Positions 11,218-23,500 of a stretch of 64,000 bases of DNA are shown here, piece by piece. Source of the stretch: Hormiphora californensis. Taxonomy: Eukaryota; Animalia; Ctenophora. Below the pieces are notes generated by a model. The model saw only the letters and a list, made by a program, of their open reading frames with translations. It ran no database searches and was not told where the DNA came from. The translations under genes and the position numbers were made by a program. The DNA lies in contig CM035350.1 of the NCBI GenBank assembly GCA_020137815.1, positions 1,736,001 to 1,800,000 on the forward strand, in the 5' to 3' direction. Within the stretch, counting starts at the first letter, position 1, and each line of letters starts with the position of its first letter.

Positions 11218-14200
11218 CATGACTCCTCCCTGCAGAAGCAGTTCATCCTGCATGTAAAATATACAGTGCTCACATTTCTCTTATCTACTTGTGGTACTAC
11301 TAGACCATAGTGATGTACATCTCTATCTTGTATCCGATTATATCTTCTCCCAATATCACTGGGGGAGGGGGTTTTCCTTTAAAATGTTTTTTTTTTTGTG
11401 TGTTTGTCTCACTTTTTTGCTTTTGTAAGTCCCTCCCGGATTTTCCCCCAAAAGGGCAGGGCCTGTTACGGGTTAAATTTATGAAAATTCCTAGTTTTTG
11501 TAGAGCAAATTCCGTTAAAGGGGGAAAAGAGAGGCGGGAAAACTGAAGGGAGGAAAGGCAAGGAAAGGAGAGATAGAAGTAGAGAGATATAGTAAGGTGG
11601 ATAGAGATAGAAGTAGAGAGATAGAGCGTGTATAACAGTTGCATTGAACAAGAGTAAGACTATGACAAAAGAGGCCGTGTACACATGATATAGACTTGCT
11701 TTCATTGTGAGAGGGGGGTAAAGGGCGAGGAAAGACATGTATATGAGAGAGAGACCGAAAAAATTTGGTTTTATTGGGGGGCCTAGGGGGGCGATATACA
11801 GAAACATCTTCTTGACAGTGTTGTTTGGATTCTGAATATTGATCGCTCTATTTTTTGAATTTTTTCTTTTACTCCCCCCCCTTTGATACCTCACCCCTCC
11901 TCTCGTTTTCTCTCTCTTTTCCTCTATCTTCCTCTCTCCCCTCTCTAATTAGACAGTTGAGCCCGCTCCTAGGGAACTTCCTATCCACAGTCCACACGGA
12001 CAACTGCACATTTCGGCTTGTAGTAGTATTTGGGACACGTAAAAACCTTTTTTTCTTGTCAACGCTGGTGCATGGTATAAGGAACCATGGGGGGGCCATA
12101 CCCTTTCATAACCCCATCCAGGGGCTCGGGCCCCAATTTCTTTGGTTTGAGTGAGGGAAGTTGGCGCGAGAATACAAAGGGTTTCCCTTTTTCTTTTTTC
12201 TTATGCTTCTTTTTTTCTCTCTCCTCTTCTCTCTCTCTCTCTCACTCACATCTGATAGGTACTCTTTTGCCGGTTGTCGGTGAACTAAAGTACAACTTTT
12301 TTAGTACATTCCGTGCCACACAATTAATATTTTCTAAATTCATCACTTGCCCACCTCCTCCGTTGTAATAGTCTGGTTATGGCACCCGCACGACGCAGCT
12401 ACCCACAAATATTGTGACACTCGCGGGCAAGAATTAGCGAAATTTCTGCCTCAACCAATAGCCATGGTACATAAGAATTACCTTCTATTAAATTCCATTT
12501 CTCTTGAGCTCAAACCACCAGCCAGTAGGCACTATTGTTGGGAGGAGAAAGAAAGGAAGGGAAAAGGGTGAGGGAGAGAGGATGGAGTCCGAGCCGAAGA
12601 GAGACGAGAGGACGGAGAGAGGAGAAGAGAGAGAGAGAGAGAGGAGGGGGGACGAGAGAGGAGAGGAGAGAGGAGAGGAGAGAGGAGAGAGAGAGAGAGA
12701 GAGGAAGAGAGAGAGAGAGAGAGAGAGAAAAGAAGAATAGGACCTATTGTCTTGCTATAGCTACTGCACTACCTCTTTTCTCTTTCACTTAGCTGGATAT
12801 GCGTATGGGTGGACGCTTCCTGTCTCCCTGACCGCAATTTCAATATCTTCTGTACCCAGCGGCCGGTTCTTCTATTTCTCTCTCTCCCTCCCTCTCTCCT
12901 CCCTCTCTCCCTCGCTCTCCCCTCCCTTTCAGTTTCTCTCTCTTCTTCTAGCCCTACTCGCACGTCCGCATGCGCAAGACAAAGCGAGAGATGGGACAAT
13001 GGTCTTGTACATCCGCTTCCTTGGCCCATTTCTATTTTTACTGGGGCACTCCTATTGTTAATCACTGCGCTTTCAAACTTCTTTTTCCATTCAGTCACTC
13101 TCTATCTTTCTATCGGCTGTGTGAGGGCTAGCACGTTACTCTAGTTCACAAGTAGTTGCTATACTCACACTGTGTTGTACAAGAATTTGTTACTAATTTT
13201 CCAACACACGGTAGAGATGTGAGGCGCCTGTAGCAGTGCATACACCCACATAAAGCTGTATTGACAGAAATATACTTTCGCACCCATTTGTAGTGTACTT
13301 TTGTTTTATCCTCCAATGTTCTCTCCCCCCTTTCTCTAGGAAACTTCTCTCTCTCTCCCTAAACGATTAGGAATTCCCTGCTCTTTTTTGCATTATCTTT
13401 TCTTTTTCATTTTTCTTAGTCCTTTTTCGCCATTCTTTTACAAACTCCAGCCGCTGTCCCTTTCTCTCTATGCCTCTCGCTCCCCGTCTCTCTCTGTATC
13501 TCCATCTCTCTAGCTATCTCTCAGAGTCCCTCCCTCTGCCCCTCTCTGTGGATCTCTTTCCCTCTCTTTCTCTTTTCTTTCCGATGTTGCACCATCTGGT
13601 TTCGGTAATCAGGGATGTTGAAGAATCTCAGTGTCCTTAGTAGGGGAGGTCCCCTCTCATCTCTCTCTCTCCGGAAGCACTACGGCGTTGTCATGGTTAC
13701 CCGCCGACCGCAACATTCCTGGTCTGGTTGGATCACGTGACTTTATATCACGTGATCCACCCACGATCTGTGGGCGGTAAGCAATACACACACATGACCT
13801 GGCCTGGATTGCACAACTACTTAAAGATTATATAATTTACCTTCCACATCTGTCCTCTAATTAGTCCCTCCCTCTAATCAGTTACTAATTAGTATGCCCT
13901 TGTTGTTCAATTATTATAGTATCTCTCTCTCCTCTTCTGTCTCCCCCCTCATTGTCACAAATCACAACACTCACTCTTGCTATATACCACTATGTACTAA
14001 TGTAGACTCCCTCCCAGTAAAGTACTGTATAGTTCCAATGGGTCAGAAACACATGAATCCATACAGGTAATTGTTGATTCCCTCGCAGCTCCTCCTTTAT
14101 CTCTCTTAGCACAAAGTTCTGGGAATATAGCATATCTCTCTCTTTCTGTGTCTATCCATCTCTTTCCATCTATATTTCTATCTCCCCTCTCTGAGTCTAT

Positions 14201-14411
14201 CCTCTATCTCTCCCCCATCTCTCCCCTAACTATCGATATCTCTCTCACAAATCTCGAGCCAGTTCCTCTCCTCAAATCTCGATCTCCTACGGCTACTCAC
14301 TCGAGGGAGGATAGAAAGCGCGAAGATAGCGAGGCTCAGAGAGTCAGCGAAAGAGATAGAGCGCGCACGGAGAAGAGAGGAGAAGTAGAGAGACGATATC
14401 TGCTCGAGAGA

Positions 14412-14479
<68 letters not shown>

Positions 14480-15200
14480 TTCTCTCCATCCTATCTCCCT
14501 CTCCCCTCCCTCTTCCATCTCCCATATCCCTCCCATCTATTTCAATGCTGTCTTTGTGGCCCGCCCTCTAGCAGATAGTGGTCCATCCAGATCCCCTGTC
14601 TAGATGGGTTGTTGTGGAGCCTAGACCCCCCTGCATGCATGCACCTCTCCTGCCGTGTGTTACCCCCCTTGATGAACGTAGTAGGGTAGAAGAGCTCACA
14701 CACTCCACTGAACAGATTTATATCCACTCTGTGGCCGGCACCACTGTCCACTTCACTGAATAGATCTCCACACTCTCATTTATTCACCATTCGATTACCA
14801 TTGCCTTCTTTGCTATCTCTGTTTCAGATTTGTTTCATAGTACTTTTGCTGTTGGAGCCCCCCTCCTCCCTTCTGGAGCCCCCTCCCCTCCGCCCCTCCC
14901 CACCCCACTAAGCCCCTTCCTTCTCCCCAGATATCTCACTAAGCCCTTCTATAATACTACATCTCTACAGCCCCATGCAGGCTACACCTCTCTCCAAGCC
15001 CCACTGGCTGACTATATTAAAGATTGTACGCGTGTGTGTATATTATATCTGCGTTCCGCTGCCCCTAATCTGCCCTCCCTCCCTGTGTTTTCACTTGGTA
15101 GCCCACTCCCCCAATAGCCGATTGCTAGTGAAACGACCGCGTTCGAACACAACTCTAACTCTTTTCCCCCCTCTCTCTCTAGTATTGTACCCCAGCTAAC
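9880..15200. repeat. Non-coding region rich in (TC)n/(GA)n microsatellites upstream of the Nova-like gene
   Basis: Many TC/GA tracts; ORFs here are low-complexity artefacts. Confidence 0.8.
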
Positions 15201-15250
15201 CCCCCATTTGCATGCCATATTGACTAAAGCACATTTTCGCAGCCCCAAAC

Positions 15251-16936
15251 ATGACCGAAGCCGACCCCGCAGCCGCCAGACTCCCTGAGACCGGTTCAGT
15301 AACGGTCAAGGTTCTCATTCCAAACTATCTCGCAGGAGCCCTTATCGGCAAGGGTGGGGAGGAACTGAACATCATCAGAAAGCAGACCGGTGGGATCATC
15401 AAGTTGTCCCAAAACAAAGCATACTACCCTGGCACCGATGAACGGGTGGTGTTGATCAAAGGTCGACCTGACTCAGCATACGCTCTTCTCAAGCTAGTGC
15501 ACAGTAAGGTGAGAACAAGGAAGGCACCTCCTATTATCAATGGCCGGCCCTTCAATGAGATCAGGCTACAACAGATGAAGCTGATCATCGCCAACTCTAC
15601 TGCTGGGAAGATTATTGGAACTGGAGGGGAGATAATTAAGATGATACAGCAGGACTACAACGTGAAACTGTACATCACTAATGTGGAGAACCCAAAAGAG
15701 AAGAGGATCCAGAATGAGAGGATATGTACACTGAAGGGTGACGAGCTGAGTGTCAACAAGTGTATGGTGGATCTAGTGGAGAGGATATCAGCTGACGAGA
15801 TGGCTGACCTTGATACCAACATTGACTACCCGAAGTGTGAGGACGGGGATATTATCCTCGGTATGGAGAGACCTGTATTCGTACCTGGGCTGGGTATGAC
15901 AACAGGTATAATGCCTGGTGCTCTGGGCGCTATCCCTGGTCTGGGACCCTCTTACGATGAGATCCTCCTCCTACAGGACCAGCAGAACAAGGCTGCAATG
16001 CAGGCTATGGCTGGTATGGCAGGACACCACCAGTTCCTCCAGGTTAACCCAATGATGGCAGGTCAGCATGGTGGTCTAATGAGCATGCAGCATCACCACC
16101 AGATGGCCATGATGGACCCGTACAGGAGGTTAATGGCCCAAAAACAGGAAGTTGAGATCATGACCCCTGAGATGGCCATGATGAAGGAGTTTAACGGGGG
16201 AATGGTTGTGGATCAATATGCAGACCCAAACCCAGCAAAACAGGCCCAACTTCAGCAGTTGTTCATGCAGAACCCGGCCCTCGCTGCACAACAACATGCA
16301 GCAGCAGCGGCTGCAGCCCACGCTAAACCCGATCACGAGCAGTACCTGATACCCAACACACTACAAGGCACTAAACACAGGCAAGTTGTTACATCGAACC
16401 CCCAGGACCTAATTAACAGAGCTAACGGACTAACAACATCCTGCATCTATCAGTCACCCCTAGTGTCCCATGTAGCAACCCCCAACTCCTTCGCAGCACA
16501 AACAGCTGCCCTTCAGGCGGCCCAGAATGCTGCAATTCAACAACAGATCCAGTTACAGGCACTACAGGCCCAACCCAACCCTCTACTAGCCCAGAACCAA
16601 CAACTCCAAGCCCTGCAAGATGCTCAGATCCAAGCAGCCCAAATCCAGGCGTTCCAGTCCAACCAACTACACACCAGTGTGGCACAGGCACAGCTTCACG
16701 CCCAGATGCAGGCGCAGTTCTTTCAGCAGGCAGCGGTAGCACAGCAGACGGCAGCAGCTGCACAGAGTAGTAAGAACAAGCGATTCCATCCCTATGGTGT
16801 GCCGCCCCCACCCCCACCGCCCTCTGGGGAGTACCCAATGCCCCCTAAACAGGTTTCAGTGGCTCCTCAGGTACAAGCTGCACCTGTTGTTAACGCCAGC
16901 CCGGTTGCTACAGTACCGGCAGAGAGCTCAGGTTAA
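15251..16936 (+). CDS. Nova/Pasilla-like RNA-binding protein: two KH domains plus a long Q/A/M/P-rich tail; intronless CDS
   Basis: KH1 VKVLIPNYLAGALIGKGG...IKLSQNKAYYPGTDERVVLIKG and KH2 MKLIIANSTAGKIIGTGG...NERICTLKG resemble Nova KH1/KH2; 561-aa ORF. Confidence 0.88.
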   Translation: MTEADPAAARLPETGSVTVKVLIPNYLAGALIGKGGEELNIIRKQTGGIIKLSQNKAYYPGTDERVVLIKGRPDSAYALLKLVHSKVRTRKAPPIINGRPFNEIRLQQMKLIIANSTAGKIIGTGGEIIKMIQQDYNVKLYITNVENPKEKRIQNERICTLKGDELSVNKCMVDLVERISADEMADLDTNIDYPKCEDGDIILGMERPVFVPGLGMTTGIMPGALGAIPGLGPSYDEILLLQDQQNKAAMQAMAGMAGHHQFLQVNPMMAGQHGGLMSMQHHHQMAMMDPYRRLMAQKQEVEIMTPEMAMMKEFNGGMVVDQYADPNPAKQAQLQQLFMQNPALAAQQHAAAAAAAHAKPDHEQYLIPNTLQGTKHRQVVTSNPQDLINRANGLTTSCIYQSPLVSHVATPNSFAAQTAALQAAQNAAIQQQIQLQALQAQPNPLLAQNQQLQALQDAQIQAAQIQAFQSNQLHTSVAQAQLHAQMQAQFFQQAAVAQQTAAAAQSSKNKRFHPYGVPPPPPPPSGEYPMPPKQVSVAPQVQAAPVVNASPVATVPAESSG

Positions 16937-17510
16937 TGAGACAGTACCAGACAATAGAGCCGTGCTGCAATAAAACCGAGATATCGCGAGAAACTGCGAG
17001 AGAGAGATAAGATGAAAAGAATTCCGCACAGTCCGAACCATGCACCAGTCAATGAGAAAGAGAGGGTAGCACTTCCGCAAATTGTTTTGTTTATTTGTAA
17101 ATTTATTTGTGTATGTTGATTGGTGACTTAATAAAAGTTATTTATACTCTGCTACAGCTCTTTATATCAGACAATTTATATTTGTAAGACTACACACAAT
17201 GTGACCCCAGGGGCTGGTTGAAGGGGTACAAGGCTAAAGTACTAGCCAGGAGGGGTGAGGAGGATTTCTATTACGGTAATACGACTACAAGCAGCACGGG
17301 TCTGGATTCTGGGTGAAGGGTGCCAAGTCGGGGTCACATTGTAATTGGTAATTAATTGGACGGAGTTAATTAAGAACACAAATAAACATTTCACACATCA
17401 CAATCGCATGTCAAACATTAAATTACTAAAGATCAACACATTCAATTCGTGCACTCCATAATAAAACTCTCCTTGTTAAGAATATAAATACAGTAATTCA
17501 ATTAGTTAAT

Positions 17511-19641
17511 TCACAGTTCATCCCTACTAGTGAGTCTAGTAATTTCCTCTTCACTCACGTCCTTCACACATCTGAATCCAATGTTGTCTGAGCCTGCATC
17601 GGCAGTATTACCCATCCTGAAACGAGTTCATTGGTCATCTGTCACAATCACTGGTACAACTAACTCTCCACCCCTTCAAAACAAACAACTGCATCTCGTC
17701 CCTGTCAGTCCCACAAAACCTCACTCCGCCACAATTCCCCAAATCTTCCCACGGCGCGCATGAGGTCTCGTTTTACAACTGCTGAAATCTAACTTTCAAC
17801 ATTAGAGAGGTTCTCGCGCGCTACAAACCTTGTCGTGACATCAGCTTTATGGTTGAATTTTCCTGATTTTGAATCAATGTAGCTTCCACCTCGGAGTGCG
17901 TATTGGGGTTGTCGTGTGTGGGGATCTTTACCAAATACTGAACTAGTCCACTCCCATACATTTCCCACCATGTCATACAATCCTGGATAAACAAAGCATG
18001 GTTAGCTTGAGAAACTACTCGGTACATTTGTACTACATAAATGGGGTTAAGGTACTACTGGGGGTATTATTAGGGTGGTATTGGGTGTACCCTGTATATG
18101 GGAGAAACCCCAGGGCACGAAAAAAAAATTAAAATACCGTTGCTTACCGAAGTCGTTTTGTACTTTGAATGATTTGACAGGTGAGACCCCAATGAATCCA
18201 TCCTTTCCTTTATTCTCTGTAGGGAAGTTCCCTTCCCAGATGTTCATACGGTTCTTTTTATAGTCGTTTCCCCAAGGGTAAATTTGATCTGAAACAGAAT
18301 GAAATGAACATGCTACATATCAGCTGCACTGTGGACACACTGTCCCCATACACCCAGCCCCCCTCGTGTGTGTACTAATATACCTCTATGACCCCCATCT
18401 ACCCCAGCCTCCCTCTCTTCTCTATCACTGTACTAACATACCTCTGTGTTCCCCATCTACCCCAGCCTCCCTCTCTTCTCTATTACTGTACTAACATACC
18501 TCTGTGTCCCCCTCTATCACTGTACTAACATACCTCTGTGTCCCCCTCGGGCAGCGTATTCCCACTCATGTTCGGTAGGCAGTCTCCCCCCGATATGAGA
18601 ACAGTATTCCACAGCATCATTGTATGAAATGTGAACTGCGGGGTGGGTTTGTTTCTTCTCTATACTGCTCCCAGGTCCTGCGGGATATGCCCAATAGGCA
18701 CCCTCAACCGGCATCCACCACTCAGCACCTGTAATATGTTGTTGTGTGAGGTCCAAACTGGGCAAACATTTTGAGACCAGCTGCAAAACGGTATTACCTT
18801 GCCTTGCTCGACCCTGTATCAAACACATAACAAGGATTAATCGCCCTAACAACCTCTATAATTATTGTATTACCAGGGACCTATTGATATAGTATTCTGG
18901 AAACCAATAAAATCACGTACCCTTTATTGCCTCTGTTATTGTCTCTTTAATTTTGTCTGGAACAAACATTTGGAAAACAAAACTCCACTTGAACTTCTCT
19001 GCCTCTGATACGAACCTGAATATTAAATATTTGGTTACCATCTCTCTACCAATATACTTTCTGTACTGTTCCTACTGTATCTGTGACATGTTATACCATG
19101 TATGCTATTGGTATCTAGGAAGGTATAAACTTACGACTGATCAGCTACGAACTCGTGAAATTCCTCATTAGTTACTGGTGTCTGGCTAATTAGAAAGGGT
19201 GCTAACTTTGTTTTATCCCATGTAGATTTGGTGTGGGCGTTCTCAATAGTCCTGTAACAAAGTGCAGTAGTCAGTACATTTGTGTAAATTGAGGGGGCAG
19301 CTGTACACACACTCACTCAGTATGTGCCTCATTGAAGTGCTCGTAACCGTTTTTAAGAGGTTACGTTACTAAAAGGTATAGCACGGAAGAAAAGTTCAAT
19401 GACAAATCTGGAGAAATAAAAAGGTTGAGTGCAGTATTCCATTATATAAAATCCCCTTAAAACACTAAACGATAATAATGTCTAGCAGTTGATAATATGA
19501 TGCCCCGATATGTAACAGATTATACCCATATTTCACATACCTGCCCAAGGCGAGTTTGTATTTGGGAACTATCAGTACCATCCCATCCTCGACAATCTGC
19601 GATAGAGCACCACCAAGTAGAGATACCAGTAATAAGATCAT
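17511..19641 (-). CDS. SUMF2: Sulfatase-modifying factor 2 (catalytically inactive FGE paralog)
   Basis: Signal peptide MILLLVSLLGGALS; HPAVHISYNDA, RLPTEHEWEYAARGG, YDMVGNVWEW and RGGSYID...NHKADVTTRMGNTADAGSDNIGFRC (lacks the SUMF1 catalytic Cys pair); C-terminal ER-retention RDEL. Confidence 0.88.
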
Positions 19642-19904
19642 ATCTCACTATGTGATAGGTTGTTGTTAAAACTCTTACAATTTGACAGTTTTCCTACAAA
19701 CACAAACAAACAAAGATCAGTTATCACAATCAGTAGAGGTAAAAGGACAATGAGCCAGTATCACTGGCGTGGTACAAACACAAATATGTCTGACATCCCC
19801 TGTCAGAGCATTGGCCTGACCCATTCTCGTTTCTCTCGGAGCGTGTGAGAACTGTGGTCAGAGCATTGGCCTGACAGGACATCCCCCTGTATATTCTACA
19901 AGTA

Positions 19905-20455
19905 CAGTCAGACCCCGATTTACCGTGCCTCGATTTACCAGAACCCCGATTTACCGGGAAGAAAAATTCCCCCGATATGGGAAAATAACGGTATTTGAGC
20001 CCGATATACCGGGAACCAGGATTTACCGGTAGGCGGTAAATGTTAACCAGATCTGAGAAAAAAGGTACGTGCAAAACCACGTTTTTGTCCATAAATCAGT
20101 CATTTCTTGACCAATTTGCAAAATCTTGGGCGCGTTGGAAAGAGGACATTGAGCTCTTTCAAATGAGCCCAATAAAACTAAAATCGGCGCAAAATGCGCG
20201 GCGTCATGGCGCAAAATGCGCGTTTTCGCCACCACGCCGCACAATTTGCGCCAATTTTCATTTTCTAGAGCTCATTTGAAAGTTCTCAATGTCCTCTTTC
20301 CAATGAGCCAAAAATTTTGCAATTTGGTCAAGAAATGGCTGAGTTATGGGCAAAAACGTGCGAAATTCTCACAGATCTGGTTAACATTTACCGCCTACCG
20401 GATTTATCGGGCAAAACCCTTTCCCCCAGCAACCCGGTAAATCGGGGTCCGACCG
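19905..20455. mobile_element. Tc1/pogo-type MITE (TA TSD) carrying an internal ~375-bp palindromic insert
   Basis: TA|CAGTCAGACCCCGATTTACCG ... CGGTAAATCGGGGTCCGACCG|TA; 20025-20400 is an imperfect inverted repeat. Confidence 0.85.
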
Positions 20456-20589
20456 TAATACAATTATCCATGGATTACTATCTTGCTGCATTCACTTTCG
20501 TTTGTCTCAGACGCCAAAATGGGATATTTTCCTCAATAAAATGCAACTCAGACCTGTCTCAAGGTCTAATTTCCAGCAAACATCCCATT

Positions 20590-23500
20590 TCAAAGTGGAA
20601 AAGTTTCTTAGAGATAAGGAGGTCGAAATAGGATAGTTTCTTCGAGATTATGTGAGTCAAAGTGGGAGAGTTTCTTAGAGATTGGAAGGTTAAAATGGGA
20701 AAATTTCTTAGAAATTATGGGGTCAAAGTGTGAAAATTTCTTAGAGATTAGGAGGTCAAAATGGGAAAATTTCTTAGAGATTGGGAGGTTAAAATGGGAA
20801 AGTTTCATAGAGATTAGGAGGTCAAAGTGGGAAAGTTTCTTAGAGATTAGGTGGGTCAAAGTGGGACAGTTTCTTAGAGATTAAGAGGTCAAAATGGGAA
20901 AGTTTCTTAGAGATTAGGAGGTCAAAGTGGAAAAGTTTCTTAGAGATTAGGTGGGTCAAAGTGGGAAAGTTTCTTAGAGACTAGATGGGTCAAAGTGGGA
21001 AAATTTCTTAGAGATTAAGAGGTCAATTTGGGAAAGTTTCTTAGAGATTAGGAGGTCAAAGTGGGAAAGTTTCTTAGAGATTAGGAGGTCAAAGTGGGAA
21101 AGTTTCTTAGAGATTAGGAGGTCGAAGTGGGAAAGTTTCTTAGAGATTGGGAGGTCAAAATGGGAAAGTTTCTTAGAGATAAGGAGGTCAAAGTGGGGAA
21201 GTTTCTAAGAGATAAGGAGGTTGAAATAGGATAGTTTCTTCGAGATTATGTGAGTCAAAGTGGGAGAGTTTCTTAGAGATTGGGAGGTTAATTAAAATGG
21301 CAAATTTTCTTAGAAATTATGGGGTCAAAGTGTCAAAATGGGAAAGTTTCTTAGAGATAAGGAGGTTCAATTGGTAAAGTTTCTTAGAAATTAGGAGGTT
21401 AAAATGGGAAAGTTTCTTAGAGATTAGTAGGTCAACATGGGAAAGTTTCTTAGAGATTAGGAGGTCAAATTTGGAAAGTTTCTTAGAGATAAGGAGGTCA
21501 AATTGGGAAGGTTTCTTAGAGATTAGGTGGGACAAAGTGGGAAAGTTTCTGAGAGACTAGATGGGTCAAATTGGGAAAGTTTCTTAGAGATAAGGAGGTC
21601 AAAGTGGGAAAGTTTCTTAGAGATAAGGAGGTCAAATTGGGAAAGTTTCTTAGAGATAAGGAGGTCAAATTAGGAAAGTTTCTTAGAAAAAAGGAGGTTT
21701 CATTGGGAAAGTTTCTTAGAGATAAGGAGGTCAAATTGGGAAAGTTTCTTAGAGATAAGGAGGTCGAATTGGGAAAGTTTCTTAGAGATAAGGAGGTCAA
21801 ATTGGGAAAGTTTCTTAGAGATAAGGAGGTCAAATTGGGAAAGTTTCTTAGAGATAAGGAGGTCAAAGTGGGAAAGTTTCTTAGAGATAAGGAGGTCAAA
21901 TTGGGAAAGTTTCTTAGAGATAAGGAGGTCAAATTGGAAAAGTTTCTTAGAGATAAGGAGGTCAAATTGGGAAAGTTTCTTAGAGATAAGGAGGTCAAAT
22001 TGGGAAAGTTTCTTAGAGATAAGGAGGTCAAATTGGGAAAGTTTCTTAGAGATTAGGTGGGACAAAGTGGGAAAGTTTCTGAGAGACTAGATGGGTCAAA
22101 TTGGGAAAGTTTCTTAGTGATAAGGAGGTCAAATTGGAAAAGTTTCTTAGAGATAAGGAGGTCAAATTGGGAAAGTTTCTTAGAGATAAGGAGGTCAAAT
22201 TGGGAAAGTTTCTTAGAGATAAGGAGGTCAAATTGGGAAAGTTTCTTAGAGATTAAGTGGGACAAAGTGGGAAAGTTTCTGAGAGACTAGATGGGTCAAA
22301 TTGGGAAAATTTCTTAGAGATAAGGAGGTCAAAGTGGGAAAGTTTCTTAGAGATAAGGAGGTCAAATTGGGAAAGTTTCTTAGAGATAAGGAGGTCAAAG
22401 TGGGAAAGTTTCTTAGAGATAAGGAGGTCAAATTGGGAAAGTTTCTTAGAGATAAGGAGGTCAAATTGGGAAAATTTCTTAGAGATAAGGAGGTCAAATT
22501 GGGAAAGTTTCTTAGAGATAAGGAGGTCAAAGTGGGAAAGTTTCTTAGAGATAAGGAGGTCAAATTGGGAAAGTTTCTTAGAGATAAGGAGGTCAAATTG
22601 GGAAAGTTTCTTAGAGATAAGGAGGTCAAAGTGGGAAAGTTTCTTAGAGATAAGGAGGTCAAATTGGGAAAGTTTCTTAGAGATAAGGAGGTCAAATAGG
22701 GAAAGTTTCTTAGAGATAAGGAGGTCAAATTGGGAAAGTTTCTTAGAGATAAGGAGGTCAAAATGGGTAAGTTTGTTAGAGATAAGGAGGTCAAATTGGG
22801 AAAGTTTCTTAGAGATAAGGAGGTCAAAGTGGGAAAGTTTCTTAGAGATAAGGAGGTCAAATTGGGAAAGTTTCTTAGAGATAAGGAGGTCAAATTGGGA
22901 AAGTTTCTTAGAGATAAGGAGGTCAAATTGGGAAAGTTTCTTAGAGATAAGGAGGTCAAAATGGGTAAATTTCTTAGAGATAAGGAGGTCAAATTGGGAA
23001 AGTTTCTTAGAGAAAAGGAGGTTTAATTGGGAAAGTTTCTTAGAGATAAGGAGGTCAAATTGGGAAAGTTTCTTAGAGATGAGGACTGAGGAGGTCAAAA
23101 TGGGAAAGTTTCTTAGAGATAAGGAGGTCAAATTGGGAAAGTTTCTTAGAGATAAGGAGGTCAAAGTGGGAAAGTTTCTTAGAGATAAGGAGGTCAAAGT
23201 GGGAAAGTTTCTTAGAGATAAGGAGGTCAAATTGGGAAAGTTTCTTAGAGATAAGGAGGTCAAAGTGGGAAAGTTTCTTAGAGATAAGGAGGTCAAATTG
23301 GGAAAGTTTCTTAGAGATAAGGAGGTCAAATTGGGAAAGTTTCTTAGAGATAAGGAGGTCAAATTGGGAAAGTTTCTTAGAGATAAGGAGGTCAAAATGG
23401 GTAAATTTCTTAGAGATAAGGAGGTCAAATTGGGAAAGTTTCTTAGAGAAAAGGAGGTTTAATTGGGAAAGTTTCTTAGAGATAAGGAGGTCAAATTGGG

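Noticed and set aside
14480-14830. YCAY clusters as Nova autoregulatory sites
   Set aside because: Expected by chance in this pyrimidine-rich sequence, and KH3 is missing.
9866-15199. Numerous SL/ER-repeat ORFs
   Set aside because: Microsatellite translations with no domain signal.
17511-19641. Active formylglycine-generating enzyme SUMF1
   Set aside because: Lacks the catalytic Cys motif; the sequence matches the SUMF2 pattern.
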